This document shows positions 34,897-48,079 of a stretch of DNA of 64,000 nt, piece after piece. The position numbers were made by a program, and so were the translations under genes. Every line of letters starts with the position of its first letter. Position 1 is the stretch's first letter. Source of the DNA: Laetmonice hystrix (Eukaryota); NCBI GenBank assembly GCA_965235115.1, contig OZ249436.1, forward strand, positions 18,664,001-18,728,000, read 5' to 3'. The notes beneath the pieces are model-generated. The model did no database searches, was not told where the DNA came from, and saw nothing but the letters and a program-made list of their open reading frames with translations.

Positions 34897-37800
34897 GTAA
34901 GTAAAAATTATTTTATTTTACCCTTGGTCCATTGCTTTACCCCATTTTGGAAGTACAATGTAGCCCTATTTGTCCATGTAGCGATGCCAAAGCTCGGTAG
35001 GTAGTGTGCGCAACCTGAAATGGAAGGCCGACGAAAACCTGACTCGGAAATACAGGGGATATATTACAGCTTACAGTGTCAAAGATTTACTTCGGATTGA
35101 CAGAAAAACTAACTGGAACGAAAGAGAAAACTTTAAAGGTCACGTATGTGCATGACAGCTCCAGTTTCCCGCCGAGCGACGCTTATAACGTGGTTTACCT
35201 ACAGATCACCCTGACTTCTGAAGAGGGAAAACAAGTACTGGATTACGAAGATGCGTTTCTTTACTTATTATATAATAAATGGCTGATTGATTTAAATACC
35301 CAAGGGAATAACTTAGAAACAAGGAGTGACAGACAATGTACTTTTAAAACAAATGCAATATTATTTATTGCAAAAATTTCTCTGAAGGAAAAAAATATAC
35401 ATAAAACAAAGAAGACATGGAGATTAACTCGCAACAAGTGCACTGATGTGTTTATTATAACATAAAAGTAGGAAAACTAAAATTCAGGGATTTTAACCTG
35501 GAATATAAAGCACCATCCTATTTAAATACCATTGACTTTTGTAGGGTATCATTAGACTATGGATTTTAACTTAAAATTGCTGTTATTTTGTCAGTTTTTT
35601 TAGATAAGGGGTCCCATGTTTTTTTTGAAATGTTAAATATGTCAACTTTATGTGAAAGAAACTTGGAGGCAATCAGAACAAATCAATTTTTTTTCAAATG
35701 GCTCACGTTTCGTGAGAATCGACCATATATATATGATTTCCGTTTCGTAACGCTATGGTGTGGGAGTGATACGGCCGTGGGGGATCCTATATCTATATTC
35801 TTACCCATGACGTCACGGCAGTTCACTGACTTGAGCCAACAGGTCTGCACTGACACTGCGCGCGATCTCAGTGCCCGGTGGTAGTCAGAGTGGGGGCCCA
35901 GCAGGGCTGACTCTGTCAACATCACACCTCCGAGCGTACATGTAGTTATGAATTGAATGTCCGTGTCCACCCTGATATATCCTAAGTGTTCGAAATAAGG
36001 AAAAAAATTAGGTTGCCCAGTGGGGCAACCTACAGAACAAATCAGGTTGCCCGCCAAAATTTCTGCTTGCCCTGAGAAATGCCACAATTTTTTTTTACAT
36101 AAAAGTCAAAATAATGAGTAGGCCTTTTAACGTTGCAATGCTATTAATCAAGTTAACCAGATCCTCATAATTATTTAACACACTCCTGCAGACTCTTGCA
36201 TTTTCATTATTGGAGCTGGAGCTTGCTATGATTATCAGTTGCCCGCCAGGGCAATCTCATGACCACTACAGCTTGCCCGTGGCGATTTTTGGTTGCCAAA
36301 TCGGCCGGGCAAGCTCTTATGGCGAATGCTGGTGTTACACCCTGATGTCGTTAGGGTTAATTCCTAGCGACTCCGCATCACTATTGATGGTTTCCATCTA
36401 TGTTTTAACAAATATGGCTCATGTAAGCTGTAAATGTTTGCTACCTTCGAATCTATTAACGCATCATGTGTGTCAGTTTTTAGTTCCTCCCAAACTGGAG
36501 AGCAGTCGTGCTGTGATTTGTTTAGACCATGTTTAGACGCATGACGCAAAAATAGCAGACGCTATGGCCGTATCCACCCGCTGAGCTGGCTCCAGCACTA
36601 AAATCCTTATATCTTAACTATTTGACCACCAAATGTATTCAATTTTTTTCTAACTTGCTTAGAATTTCACGGCCTGTATGCCTGACCTGTACAAACTGGC
36701 GAATTTAATTTCGTTTTAAACAACAAATCTTTCCCCTGTATACAGTGGGATTTCCTAAATTATAAGGTTATATCCTTCCCCTAAGTCTTTGATTACCAAA
36801 TATGCCTTTACACTATAGATACAGATAAAATATCGAACTGCATTAATCTGCTAATTAATTATGCTACAACAAAGGTTCTTCAAAACGTCACTTCTCCTTA
36901 GGCCTATAGGTGGTCTAACTGTATGTACTCTTAATTAGTCAATAGAGATTTAAAGGGCCACCCCGAATATTTAATGACGAAATTGCCCCCAACCAGTATG
37001 AATCAGCCTTACCCTCTGGCACTCATAAGACATCGGAAGCCATCAGAACACTCGTGAACGCGTGATTCACTTAAAATGTGTGCGTGCATTCCCGATTTGG
37101 AATTTTTTCCTCGGAAGAGCTCGTAAGACCGCGCAAGGGGTGAATCGGAAGCATCGCAACACAAGTGGATCACATCCTGTCAATAACGCCATTCAGCAGG
37201 GGAATCCCAGCCTTCCCAGCGACTCTATATTTCCTTTAAAAACCTATATTTTGATGGTCTTTCCTATATTTCCTATATTTTGCTGAAAAACTTTATATTA
37301 ACCTTTAAAAACCTTGGCCTTGTCAGGAGTGGAGCGCGATCGCGCACGAGCTCCTTCGAGCTCCCCATTTAGGTACCCTCAAAATCGTTAGGTAACCATT
37401 TTTCCATGAAGTGATAAAAACCTCCTGATGATGCATTGAGCAACTTGAAGGTATCAAATATAATGTTGTACAGTATATATATATATGCAGTCTTTATTTG
37501 AATAATTCACATATTTGTAACAGCAGTTAGGGTTGGGGTTAGGGTTAGGCTGAGTATAATTCCGCCGAGAAAAGTATAATTCCGCCGAGAAAAGTATAAT
37601 TCAGCAGAGAAAAGTTTTCTCCTGGGAGAAAAGACTTTTCTCCTCGGAGGAAATACAACAAAAGGTCACTGTTTTCATCTGCTAGTGCCATTTTTCGTCA
37701 CTCAGCAGTTGCTTAGCAACTGATCGGTAATCGCTACAGCCAGGTCGTGGAAGTGGACACTGGAGATCAGTACCTATTTATTTGGTATCGATCTCAATCG

Positions 37801-38219
37801 GTACCAATCACTCGGGACAGTGGACATTAGGATCAGTTTCAAGTAATCGGGTACGATTTGGGGGCCAATCCTTGCAGTGATCCATGCCAATCCGGTTGGG
37901 CAGGATCAGGACAGTGGACGGCGCCCTTTAGAAGATGCCAATGACGTCATTATGACATAATAATTATGACACACTACGTCATAAATCTTGGTGTCAATGG
38001 AAAGGGCATGTATGACTTCCTATTGATGTTCAATAGTAACCATGGCTCCATCTTCCACTGTTTACAAGTTACAGGCGTAAGAAAATAATTTTATCATATA
38101 TCTCCTGAAAGTTGAAACCCTTAATCACCCGTCTTTTCGGCCCAGTCATCTAACCTCAGACATGTGAAGCAATCTTGTGGCATGGTGGTTACCAGCCTGG
38201 GGCCTATTCACAAGGCTCT

Positions 38220-38787
38220 CGCAGGGGATGGGATTTTTAAATTGTGTGGTTTCAATTTCTGTATAGGGCTGGTCAGTTCTCATGTCCTAGATATGCAAAT
38301 ATGCGAGAACGAGCGAGACTGGGGACAAACAGAGGATAGTCTCGTCAGCTCAGCATTGCTACGCCCAGAGGACCACCTACTGTCAACTTTAAAATATTTT
38401 TACCCCCCCACCCCAATGAGGGCACAATGAGCCTTACAAATATGATTAAATAACAAGTCTAGTGAATCAAAAGGTACATTTTACATGTAAGAAGTTTAAA
38501 TACGTTCTTTCAAATGACACCAAGATTCATGTTGCAAATCATAATGTCATAATGAATTCATCAATATTTTCTAAGGCAAGGTAGGGCCATGGGTATTATG
38601 AACATGAATATGAAGTCGTATATTTTCCTTCAATTGACCCTAAGCTTTATGATGTAGCGTCATGTCATATGTCACAATGACGTTATGAAGTCGTAAACGG
38701 TGCAGAATAAAGCCATAGTTAACACTACTCAGAACATGTCACCCAGGGGATGGGATCCATCGTGGTTTAGCCACGACATGTCTAGTT
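38220..38787 (+). mobile_element. HINE-family copy (decayed body, intact 3' terminus)
   Basis: 5'-region remnant ggggatgggatttttaaattgtgtggtttc at about 38224; 3' end GGGGATGGGAT + hairpin tcgtgg..ccacga + CTAGTT at 38746-38787. A minus-strand repeat unit lies at about 37930-38090. Confidence 0.65.
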
Positions 38788-39210
38788 CCCCGTCGCAACT
38801 GCTGCGAGATTGTTAACATGATGCGTGAACGATGCGTGAGCATTTGTACTACACATCGCAACCTAAGTAATCTTGCATCGCCCTCGCAAGTCTACTCATA
38901 GCGAACTGGGAGATCGCAAGGCTTTAGTGAATATGGTCCCAGGTGCTGGAGTGTGTAAACCTTATCCTTCATCAGAAAATCATCAGGACAAATTGGAGTT
39001 GTATAGCCCAACCCAAGAACGGCCTATCTTAGGGCCACAATCCAGGACTCGACATCCCAGAGTTTTTGGTCTAGTATTATACAGCCAATCTATCAGTACC
39101 ACCTTATTTGTTTTTATTAGTGGGTCATCATAAAATCCTTTATTTTTGGCTCTCCCCGCTGCAAATAAGGTCGACAACATTCGCTAAACCGTTGCCTGTT
39201 TTTTTTTCAG

Positions 39211-39416
39211 TTTGTGAAGCACTATTTGGGATACACAATATGCGTAGCTGTAGGAATACTCTTCATAATATTGATGCCCATCGTCGGCTTGTGCTTCTGT
39301 TGCTGCCGGTGCTGCGGCCACTGTGGAGGAAAGTCCAGTGCCAAAGAGGGACGGTTCGCCAAACCAATGCGCATCACATGCGGCACCTTCCTCTTCCTCA
39401 TCACGATTATCATGCT
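39211..39416 (+). CDS. PROM1: Prominin-like exon 3 (TM1, cysteine-rich loop, start of TM2)
   Basis: FVKHYLGYTICVAVGILFIILMPIVGLCFCCCRCCGHCGG is the diagnostic prominin MPxxGxxFCCCRCCxxCGG motif; acceptor tttttttcag|, donor |gtaagt, phase 0 to 2. Confidence 0.95.
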
Positions 39417-41020
39417 GTAAGTAACAATTTATTCTTTCAGGGAAAGAAAAGAGCTGGATTTCCAGATTTGAACTGAATTGATATAATTTTCGCATTTTGT
39501 ATTTGAATACAATTCATCAAGAATTTTCCAACAAATGCATGCATAGAAAAAACGTAAAGCCATTGTGGAGGGCTACTACAGACGTGTAGTATCATTTTAA
39601 TATCGTTTTCATGTTTCTCCAACTTCTACATAAACTTCAATAATTTGGTTTGACGACATTTATGCAGCAGTTACAATGGTAGGGGTGAGAGCTTAACTGC
39701 AGCAGCGATGGCCTGAAGAGTTCCATTCCTGGCAGGGTTATAAAGATGACGAATGATTTTATGAGTGATTTTTAATCTTTTATGACTCAGTCTGGACTAG
39801 AATGTGTGATTAGTGGATATGTGATTATATGGCAGTCATAAGGAGAGTACACGCAAGTGACTGGGCCTGTATCTAGGAAACACCCAAGACAAGCTCAAAA
39901 ATGTGACATTCGGGCTTCATAAAGGTTGGCTCTTTTTACCATGACCTCAGCCATATTTTGTCATGAGAATCGTATATTCACAGAACGTAAAGTTGCGGCT
40001 GTGTTGAATCAGGGAATCCACGCATGATGCAGTTTGTGGTGTCTAGAATTATAAAATTGAGGAGATAAATTACTTCGTAGGTTAAATTGTGTTTCTTGTC
40101 ACACAGGGGCCTATTTTACTAATGGGGTATGCCCGAGCGGTGACAATCCTGTTCTGGGGACATCCTGGTGACATTTCCTCATCACTGGATAGGCCAGGAA
40201 GGGACATTTTGAGTGGGGAGGTCGCCAAATCTGTGGATATCTGGGGATGTCGCGAGGATGTCACCGTTAGTGAAACATGGCCGCTACCTGGTCTCGGCCA
40301 TTCGAACAACAGGTCAAACAGCTAAATTCAGTCATATTCATAAGGTCGTAATTGCCTTGGAGACATTCAGCGAAGTCTTTATGGTGATCAATAAAATGGT
40401 AACCATGTTACAGTGAGTCACAGCGGTGAGAGACTCGGTGATTCACAGACTCCAAAAGGAAGTCGGCCATCAGCGAAACAAAAAGCACAAAGAAGTAGAT
40501 CAAACATATCAGTAAGCGACTCGTGGGGCCTGGTAGGAATGTTTTCTTACAAGCCGGGCACAGAGAGAAGGGGGGGATTCTGATGGGGGGGGGGGCGGTG
40601 CAGATACGTTACAGTATAACGCCTCATCGTGGTCGTGACCTGAACCTGGAGGCCACAGAGACAGACCAAGGAGGGGGAGATATGACATTGGCTGTTTGTC
40701 CCGCCTCTTCCTAGTCCCAACAGACACTGATAGTGTCAGCAAAACAGCGGTGCTGAAATGCCACAAGCATCTCTGAAAAAAAAACCAGCACACCTCAGCT
40801 GTAGACAATATCCGGTTCTGGACGTGAATGCGATATGTGCCATCCGATGCCAGGGTCATAGAAGCGGCAGTGCGGTACTGGTTTTGGTTGTCGTGTTCAT
40901 AGAGTCCAGGCAATGACTGGTGTACATCCAAGGTCCCAACATAAAGTTGCCTTTTTCACATTAGGCACAGGCCCAGTTCCCAGTATGTAAACTTAGTTCC
41001 ACACAGAGTAGCTGGAGGTC

Positions 41021-41390
41021 TTTTTAGCCCTCAACCGGAAGGGGCGGAGGCTTTTAATTTATCCTCCATCTGTACGTACGTACGTCCGTCCGTCCATAGA
41101 CACCGATTTCTCAGAAGTGTATGGGTCAAATTGTATGAAACTGTACACAATGATCAGGGACGGTCAGAGGATGATGAACATCGATTACATTTTTGATATC
41201 ATTTAAAATGGCCGCTTTTAACAAATAAGAAGTCATATGTGAACATTTGTCTGGTGCCATTTTTCATGACCTTGTGTGACCTATAAAGGTCATTTCTAGA
41301 AAACGCTTCAAGATAATCACTTACTACCATTACCAATGATGGATGAAGACATACTATGAAGTTTCTTTGTGGACTGCATTTCAAAAATAC
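41021..41390 (+). mobile_element. DINE-1-like non-autonomous Helentron fragment (second family)
   Basis: T-rich start tttttagccc...ggaggctt, (GTAC/GTCC)n microsatellite, then atttctcagaa...atgaaact...cacaatgat; this layout is typical of DINE/HINE 5' blocks. Confidence 0.55.
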
Positions 41391-42491
41391 GAAGTATGCA
41401 TAGTTCCTATACCCACAAATAATTAGTCCCTACCCAGTTAGGGGCTCTGACTCCGACGGGGTGTTGTTTCATTATAAAGCAGAATTCTAGAAGGCATTGA
41501 AAGGAGGTTTTGCCCAATGCAACTGTTAGTCTTAGATATGCAGCCACAATTCGTAAGTATGCTATAGCATAACAAGGTATACTTTGTGTCTGGTGATATA
41601 CAATAGAAGATAATGGAAACAAGAAGGTTTATGTAATGTTTGATGTCAAACACAACCAGTAATAAGCGTGAAATCCTCGCATAAGGAGTTGGGGGGGGGG
41701 CGGGGGTAATTTACTGTAATTTTGTAACATTAACGCCGTCCATTCATAATTATTGACGTACCTTAATTGTGTAGGCATCGGTGGTCCTCACGAAAAGGCC
41801 GGCATTCAAGCTGTTGATTGATTAGTCAATTATGCATGGTAATCGGCACATTACTAGTATTCCTTTGTTCAGCAAACAATATTAAACGTCGTGACAATAC
41901 GAGGTAATTGTGTAGCAAGTGTATCGATATGATGAGGAAGTATTTTGCTCGTTGCCGTAAAGCATTATTCATGAGCAGCCATCTCGCTTACAGCACCAGA
42001 GAACTTCAGGTAACAGCTGTCTACCTTCAGGGATGAGAGAATCTCCAATCTGGCAGTGGGTCTCTGGCCGCTCACTTAGCTTTACATTAGGCTCTACAGG
42101 AGATAACATTATTAGTTTGACTTCATTTCTCTGTAATGGCAAGTGTAGCTGTATGGTAACGTTAAGAGCCCGGGGGGGGGGGGGGGGCTCGTTTTATAGC
42201 AGTTCATATAAGGTTCATATTACCACATCGCTGATCTCTCATAAATCAGACTTGTGACGACAGTAGTTTTCCGAATCTATATGGCACAGCTGTAAATTAC
42301 ATGTACGTGTATTTGTTTAAATGTACCGGTAAGTCTCCAAGTCCATCCATCTTTTGTTGCCTATTCAGGAACAAACAAAAAGAGAAAATTTGGTCAAAGG
42401 CATGTGACTCGCACGAGCCAAGGTGACACGCCCTATCTGCAGTGAAATACGTGCTGTACCACACCGCCTCCCGACACAGTGATCGTCCTAA

Positions 42492-43217
42492 AGGCCTGTA
42501 CCCACTACCGCGTTTTACCGCTGCGTTCCCCGCTACGGGAAATCGCGAGGCACAGCGCCGAGATTGGTACAACTGAATTTCATAGAATGGTTTACACTTG
42601 GGCGATACGGCAAAAATACCCGATTGACGCCGCTGCGGCCGACGCACAGGGGGAAAATCCGTTGCAAAAATAGCATTTGAAGCAATTAATCGCAGTTAAT
42701 GACATCCATAATCCAGGGACCTCATCCTGCTACAGAAGCACATACACCAAGGACATTTGGGCCAAAATATACGAGAAAGTGGACGTGGTCAGGAGATAGG
42801 ACTCGCCTACCTGCCTTGAACGACCATGATGGCAGATTTCATTGAAAGATTGATAGTATAGAGGTTGAGAAACACCCCAGCCTCTATGACAAGTCCATGG
42901 CAGAGTACATGTTGAAAAGAAAGTGATGGTACTCTCCATAATATGTTTCCCTCTCCTGCAGTAAGTCATGCACCCACACCTTATGACTTCGCTCCCTTTT
43001 CCTTGTTTTGCTATACAAGTATAACGCCAAAATATCGGCAAATTCTTACTCTGATTCCGACATGTCTGACACCTGAAGGGGAGTGAATGATGACCGGTAT
43101 GCGTTTTTCTGCCTCAGTGGGAACACGTTACCTAATCAGGGCCGCCGCGATTTCCCGTCGCGGGAAGTCGCGGCGTTTTTTGGCTGAGCGACAAAACGCG
43201 CTAGTGGGTTCAGGCCT
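42492..43217. mobile_element. Harbinger-derived non-autonomous element with a MADF-domain remnant
   Basis: TIRs aggcctgtacccactaccgcgtttt / aaaacgcgctagtgggttcaggcct; flanks taa/tta; 42829-42920 reads MADFIERLIV/EVEKHPSLYDKSMAEY (frameshifted MADF/Myb-like start). Confidence 0.8.
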
Positions 43218-43736
43218 TTACTGGGGAAGGCATTCAGAGAACAAGCTGCCCAACCATCGGCTAAAAATGTAAGCAGTGTGTTAAATCGTATTCTCTTTAA
43301 CGGTCTCCGTCGTATTAACAAAAACATCCGTTCTACAGACTTTGGCCTGCTTAGGCTCCGCAACATTCCAAATGCCTTCTCTGTGGCGAAGTCACATTGT
43401 TAGGGAGCCAGATAATGAAGCACGTGATCGTTAGACTCCTGCGCCAGCTAGGACACTCATGTCTGCTAAACCTCACAGGGGAAAGGTTCGGTGGGGGAAT
43501 TCTGGTTAACCGAGCAACGTCAATGGTGAAGCACCGCACCGAATGCCACCCTTCCCTCGGCCCGCCGTATAGAAGTCGCATTCTGCCTCCTGGCAGAGAT
43601 CCTACCCAGGTAAGCCTTAGTACACAGTACTGGTCTCTGTGCCTCCAGGCAGCAAAATCCTGTCAGCAAGTTGTAAAAGATTTTCACTAGTAATATGCCA
43701 CGAGAAGCACTGGAACAAAAAAGGCCTGAAGAGTAA

Positions 43737-44920
43737 AGGCCTCCACACACTTGGGCAGTTCACGCCGCGATTTGACGTCGCGTGAAACGCGTCGCGAAAA
43801 CGCGTTGTAACCCATAATAGAATTACAATAAGAAATCACACACTTCGGCTTGGCGTCAAAAAAACACGCATTGCGACCGCAGCGTGAAATGACCGAAACC
43901 TCAGAATAGGTTTCTGTGCGTATCACGCGGCGTGTTGCCTCGGCCGATCATCCATTCAGCCAATAGGCGTCCAGTATCTGTGGTCACACCGCCTTGCACC
44001 GGGTGATCCCAGGGTGATCTGTATTCCATTCTACCATAGCAGCCAGCAGGATGGGGAGGAAGGAAGAAGACCAGAAAACCGAACAGTTGATAGTGGAAGC
44101 CGAGAAGAATCCCTGCCTATACGAAAAACAATGTCCCTCCTATAAAGATGCACAGAAACAGTATGACATATTGCAGTTTGCATTTTGCCATTTTGCAAAC
44201 AGCCAGCGATGACCGCGTGCGTTTTCCGCGCAAGTGGGAACCATTTATCGCAGCGCGAAACGCCCAGTGGTTACGCCGGGCGTTTCACGCGGCGTGCTGA
44301 CGCAGCGTAAACTGCCCAAGTGTGTGGAGGCCTTTAAGGCCCACACACTTGGGCAGTTCACGCCGCGATTTGACGTCGCGTGAAACGCGTCGCGAAAACG
44401 CGTTATAACCCATAATAGAATTACAATGGGAAACCACACATTTCGGCTTGGCGTAAAAAAAGCATGCATTGCGACCGCAGCGTGAAATGACCGAAACCTC
44501 AGAATAGGTTTCTGGGCGTATCACGCGGCGTGTTGCCTCGACCGATCATCCATTCAGCCAATATCTGTGGTCAGACCACCTTGCACCTGATGATCCCAGG
44601 GTGATCTGTACATTGTGTATTCCATTTTACCATCTAGCAGCCAGCAGGATGGGGCGGAAGGAAGAGGACCAGAAAACCGAACAGTTGATAATGGAAACCG
44701 AGAAGAATCCCTGCCTATACGGCAAACAATGTCTCTCCTATAAAAATGCACAGAAACAGTATGACATTTTGCATTTTGCCATTTTGCAAACAGCGATGAC
44801 CGCGTGCGTTTTCCGCGCAAGTGGGAACCATTTATTGCACGGCGAAACGCCCAGTGGTTACGCCGGGTGTTTCACGCGACGTCAAATCGCGGCGTGAACT
44901 GCCCAAGTGTGTGGAGGCCT
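43737..44920. mobile_element. Head-to-tail dimer of Harbinger-derived elements (43737-44333 and 44337-44920), each with a MADF-domain remnant
   Basis: TIRs aggcctccacacacttgggcagtt / aactgcccaagtgtgtggaggcct; flanks taa, shared tta (44334-44336), tta; ATGs at 44051 and 44649 read MGRKEEDQKTEQLI.E.EKNPCLY.KQC.SYK.AQKQYDI. Confidence 0.88.
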
Positions 44921-45491
44921 TTATAAATCAACACCATTCAGAGCGTTGTAACGCTGCGTTTCACGTGGCGTGAACACGCTTGGTAAAACGCGAATGTGGA
45001 GCGAGACCTTTTTCAACCAGACGATCAAGCGCCGCCGCTGCCGCCGCCCATACCTGGGCACACTGACTGTGGTGGCAGATAGTATCAACCAGTGCAAGCT
45101 AACAATGGCCGGTACCTGCGGCAACCATTGAAGAATACAGCCTCTCTGTTATTTCGCTTCATACCTAAAGAGCCGTATTCGCACCTGACGTTAAGAAATT
45201 AACGAAGACTATACCTAAAATTTTTAAAGCTTCTGTCGTCGAGAGTGTGGCAGTGTTTCATGGCAGGTGACTATAAATAGAATCGGCTGCTGCTGCCACC
45301 ACCAAAAGGCAGATTTTACCATGTACTGCATGGTGCTCATGAGATGCTATGTTAGACCACAGGTAGGCCTACTGGTAAACTACATGGGATGATTTCCTGT
45401 TAGAAATTCTCGGAAAGAGGTCGTAGAATATTTCGACGAAAATACCTTAATATTGTGTACTGCAAACAAGATGTATCTGTTGTAAGCAGAA

Positions 45492-45742
45492 GGCCGAGTG
45501 GTCAAGGTGCTGGCTCATGACACCTATTTCGGACCATCGCCTCACACCGCTGCGGTCCGGGTTCGATCCCCGGCCAGGGCTGCATGTGTGAAAGGTTTGT
45601 CAGTCAGTTCCTTCCCGGAGGTCGGTGGTTTCCTTCGGGCACTCCGGTTTCCTCCACCAAGAAAAACTGACTTTTATCATTATCTGCACCGCCGTGATAT
45701 GACCCTGGCTGTTGCAAGGCGTAAAACCCCAAATACCCACCC
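45492..45742 (+). mobile_element. tRNA-derived V-SINE with 12-bp TSD
   Basis: A box ggccgagtgg, B box ggttcgatccc, V-domain-like ggtttccttcgggcactccggtttcctccacc; ttgtaagcagaa at 45480-45491 and 45743-45754. Confidence 0.88.
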
Positions 45743-45880
45743 TTGTAAGCAGAAAACTAAAATTCACGAAGGAATTTATCCCTTGTTCATTGTCAATCTG
45801 AAAAGAAATTTGATGTCAGATATAGTCTGCAGCACTTCCTCATTCGACAAAGAAATGCCCAGAAGAATGTGGGATTATTA

Positions 45881-47920
45881 TTATTATCCCGTTCTCCGAC
45901 AGGAAGGAACGGGATCTTGAAATTGTACGGTTTTGGTGTACACTATTCTTATCCGGGATGGGATTTTGAAATTGTGTGGTTTCGTCTTCTGTATTATTTT
46001 TGGTATTTTTGTCCCAACTACCAAAAACAAATGTGAACTAAATATGTTGTATAGGAAAGAAAAAAACGAGTGCCGGGCGGTGGTCTTGCTCTAGCACCGA
46101 AGGCGCAAGGTTTTCAGTTGGCAAGGGGTGCAGACCTGTGGGGGGCTATTTTAGATGATAGGCCTAATAACAATTCCTGCCGGGCGGCACTTGCACCATT
46201 TTAGTTTTGTGCCGGGCAGCTAAAGTCTGTGCTGGGCGGGCCCGCCCGGCGCCGCCCGCCGTCGGCACATCCCTCTATATCCCCACTCTTTCTTTATGAA
46301 GAATTGACAAAAATTATTGTTAGGCTAACTCAAAATACAGCTCAAAAATTAGAAGCTCTTAGACACGATTTTCCGCCTTTTTTCCGCATTTTAGGGACCA
46401 TTTTTAGTGCATTATAGTTTATGGATTCATCACTGAACCGGTTCAAAATAGCCGGAAGACTTTGCACCTGTTCCTTCGGTGTTGTTTCGTTGAATCTAAG
46501 GGGAAAAGAATCTATGCTCTGGTGAAGCAAGGGGGTCGGCGACACGCGCCTGAAATACTTTGAGAAACTTCACATCTGTCTCCTTCTAAATTCAAGTTAA
46601 CCCCCACCACCCACCCCCCACCCCTGCCCATGTTCGCCTCGCACCTTTGGTGCCCCTCTTGTCATGCAGTGCTGGATCTGTGTATGCCTGCCATTATATT
46701 CTTAAGCCTATAATTCGGAAACGTTGAAAGATAGAGCCATGGTTACTAGTGAACAGGAGTAGGAAGTCATAGGCCTATACATTGTATGCTCTTTCAATTG
46801 ACACCAAGATTTATTATGCAGCCTATGTCATAATGATGCCATTGACATCTTCCAAGGCTTCTAAGTAATAAACCATTCAAGATAGAGCCATGGTTACAAC
46901 TTAACACGAATAGGAAGTCATATGCCTATAATGATCTTTCACTTGACATTTTTTACGTGTCCCATGACATCATAAGGTGTCATAGATCTCAGGGCAATAA
47001 CTTGTAAATGGTTGAAACTATAGGTACTATTAAACACTGATAGGAAGTACATGCTCTTTCATTTGAGACCAAGATTTATTACGTCACACAGCAGGCACAT
47101 TCATTGTTCGATTCCCGGTGGTGGTGTGTTGCGTCATATGGCTGAGTCACGTGATATTATTTCGAAGTTTGTCTATTTTCTGTATAATCAGAAAGTTGGC
47201 TGAATCTCTGTCATATCTAATGTTTCTGGCCTAATTCTCTTCCAATAGGCCTACTTTATAAGCCTGCCATGACGTAACCGCGGTATGACGTAATACATAG
47301 TTCTTTACCACTATGGTCATTCATATACAGCAACACTCGAAAAGTTACTCTTGTGCACGGATGGCTCAGTGGTAGAGTGTAGGAATTTCATGCCAAGGGT
47401 CTTGGGTTCGAATCCCACACAGGATTTTTTTTTTTTTAATTTAATTTTTATATTTTCTACCACGGAGAATCTAGGTGAATATCCCTCTCAGTGTTGGATA
47501 TCTCAATAAAACTTACAGGGTATCATGACCATGACATGACATGATATGACACACAGGTCGTAATGTAGAAAACATGTCTCCTCCCTCATCTTTTGAAGAA
47601 TCTTCTCCAAATTTGGTATACCTATTTTAGAGTGGAATTCTTCGATTGGTGACAGCCTTTATGACATATGATGTAACATGGCTGTGTCACGTGATTTTTA
47701 AATTTGTCTATTTTGCATCTAATCAGGAAGCAGACTAAATCTCAGTGATATATAACAATTGTGGCATAATTCTCTTCGACTCGGCGTCTTTTCTTAGCCT
47801 GCAATGACATTGACCCTGTATGACAATATGCTAATGGCGTAGTTCAATGCTTCTTATGGTCATTCATTTACAGCAAGACTCCAAGAAATCTTTGTGTGCA
47901 CAGCTGGCTTAGTGGTAATC
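45881..47920 (+). mobile_element. HINE-family copy (5' terminus, interrupted body, ~145-bp repeats, duplicated tRNA-like block)
   Basis: 5' end TTATTATCCCGTTC..GAACGGGAT at 45881-45915; family repeats at about 46700-47090; block 47130-47375 recurs in diverged form at about 47670-47917. The pieces may belong to more than one copy. Confidence 0.6.
47355..47438 (+). other. tRNA-like pol III cassette inside the HINE
   Basis: A box tggctcagtgg (47362-47372), B box ggttcgaatcc (47405-47415), long T run from 47425; acceptor and anticodon stems do not pair well. Confidence 0.6.
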
Positions 47921-48079
47921 TTTCTCTTGGTCCCCTACGTTTATTACTGGTATGGTTGACTTTCTTTCATGCCTTACACAGCCTTTCTAGATAGTACATC
48001 CATAGAGGAACGGGATACCTGATTGCCTGAAATCTGGAGGTGTAGTTAGCTCTTTATAGTTATCACACATATTATAATG

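Noticed and set aside
47355..47438. Functional tRNA genes here, at 20116-20186, 21590-21676 and 45492-45575
   Set aside because: A/B boxes are present, but the cloverleaf stems are broken and each lies in a SINE or HINE.
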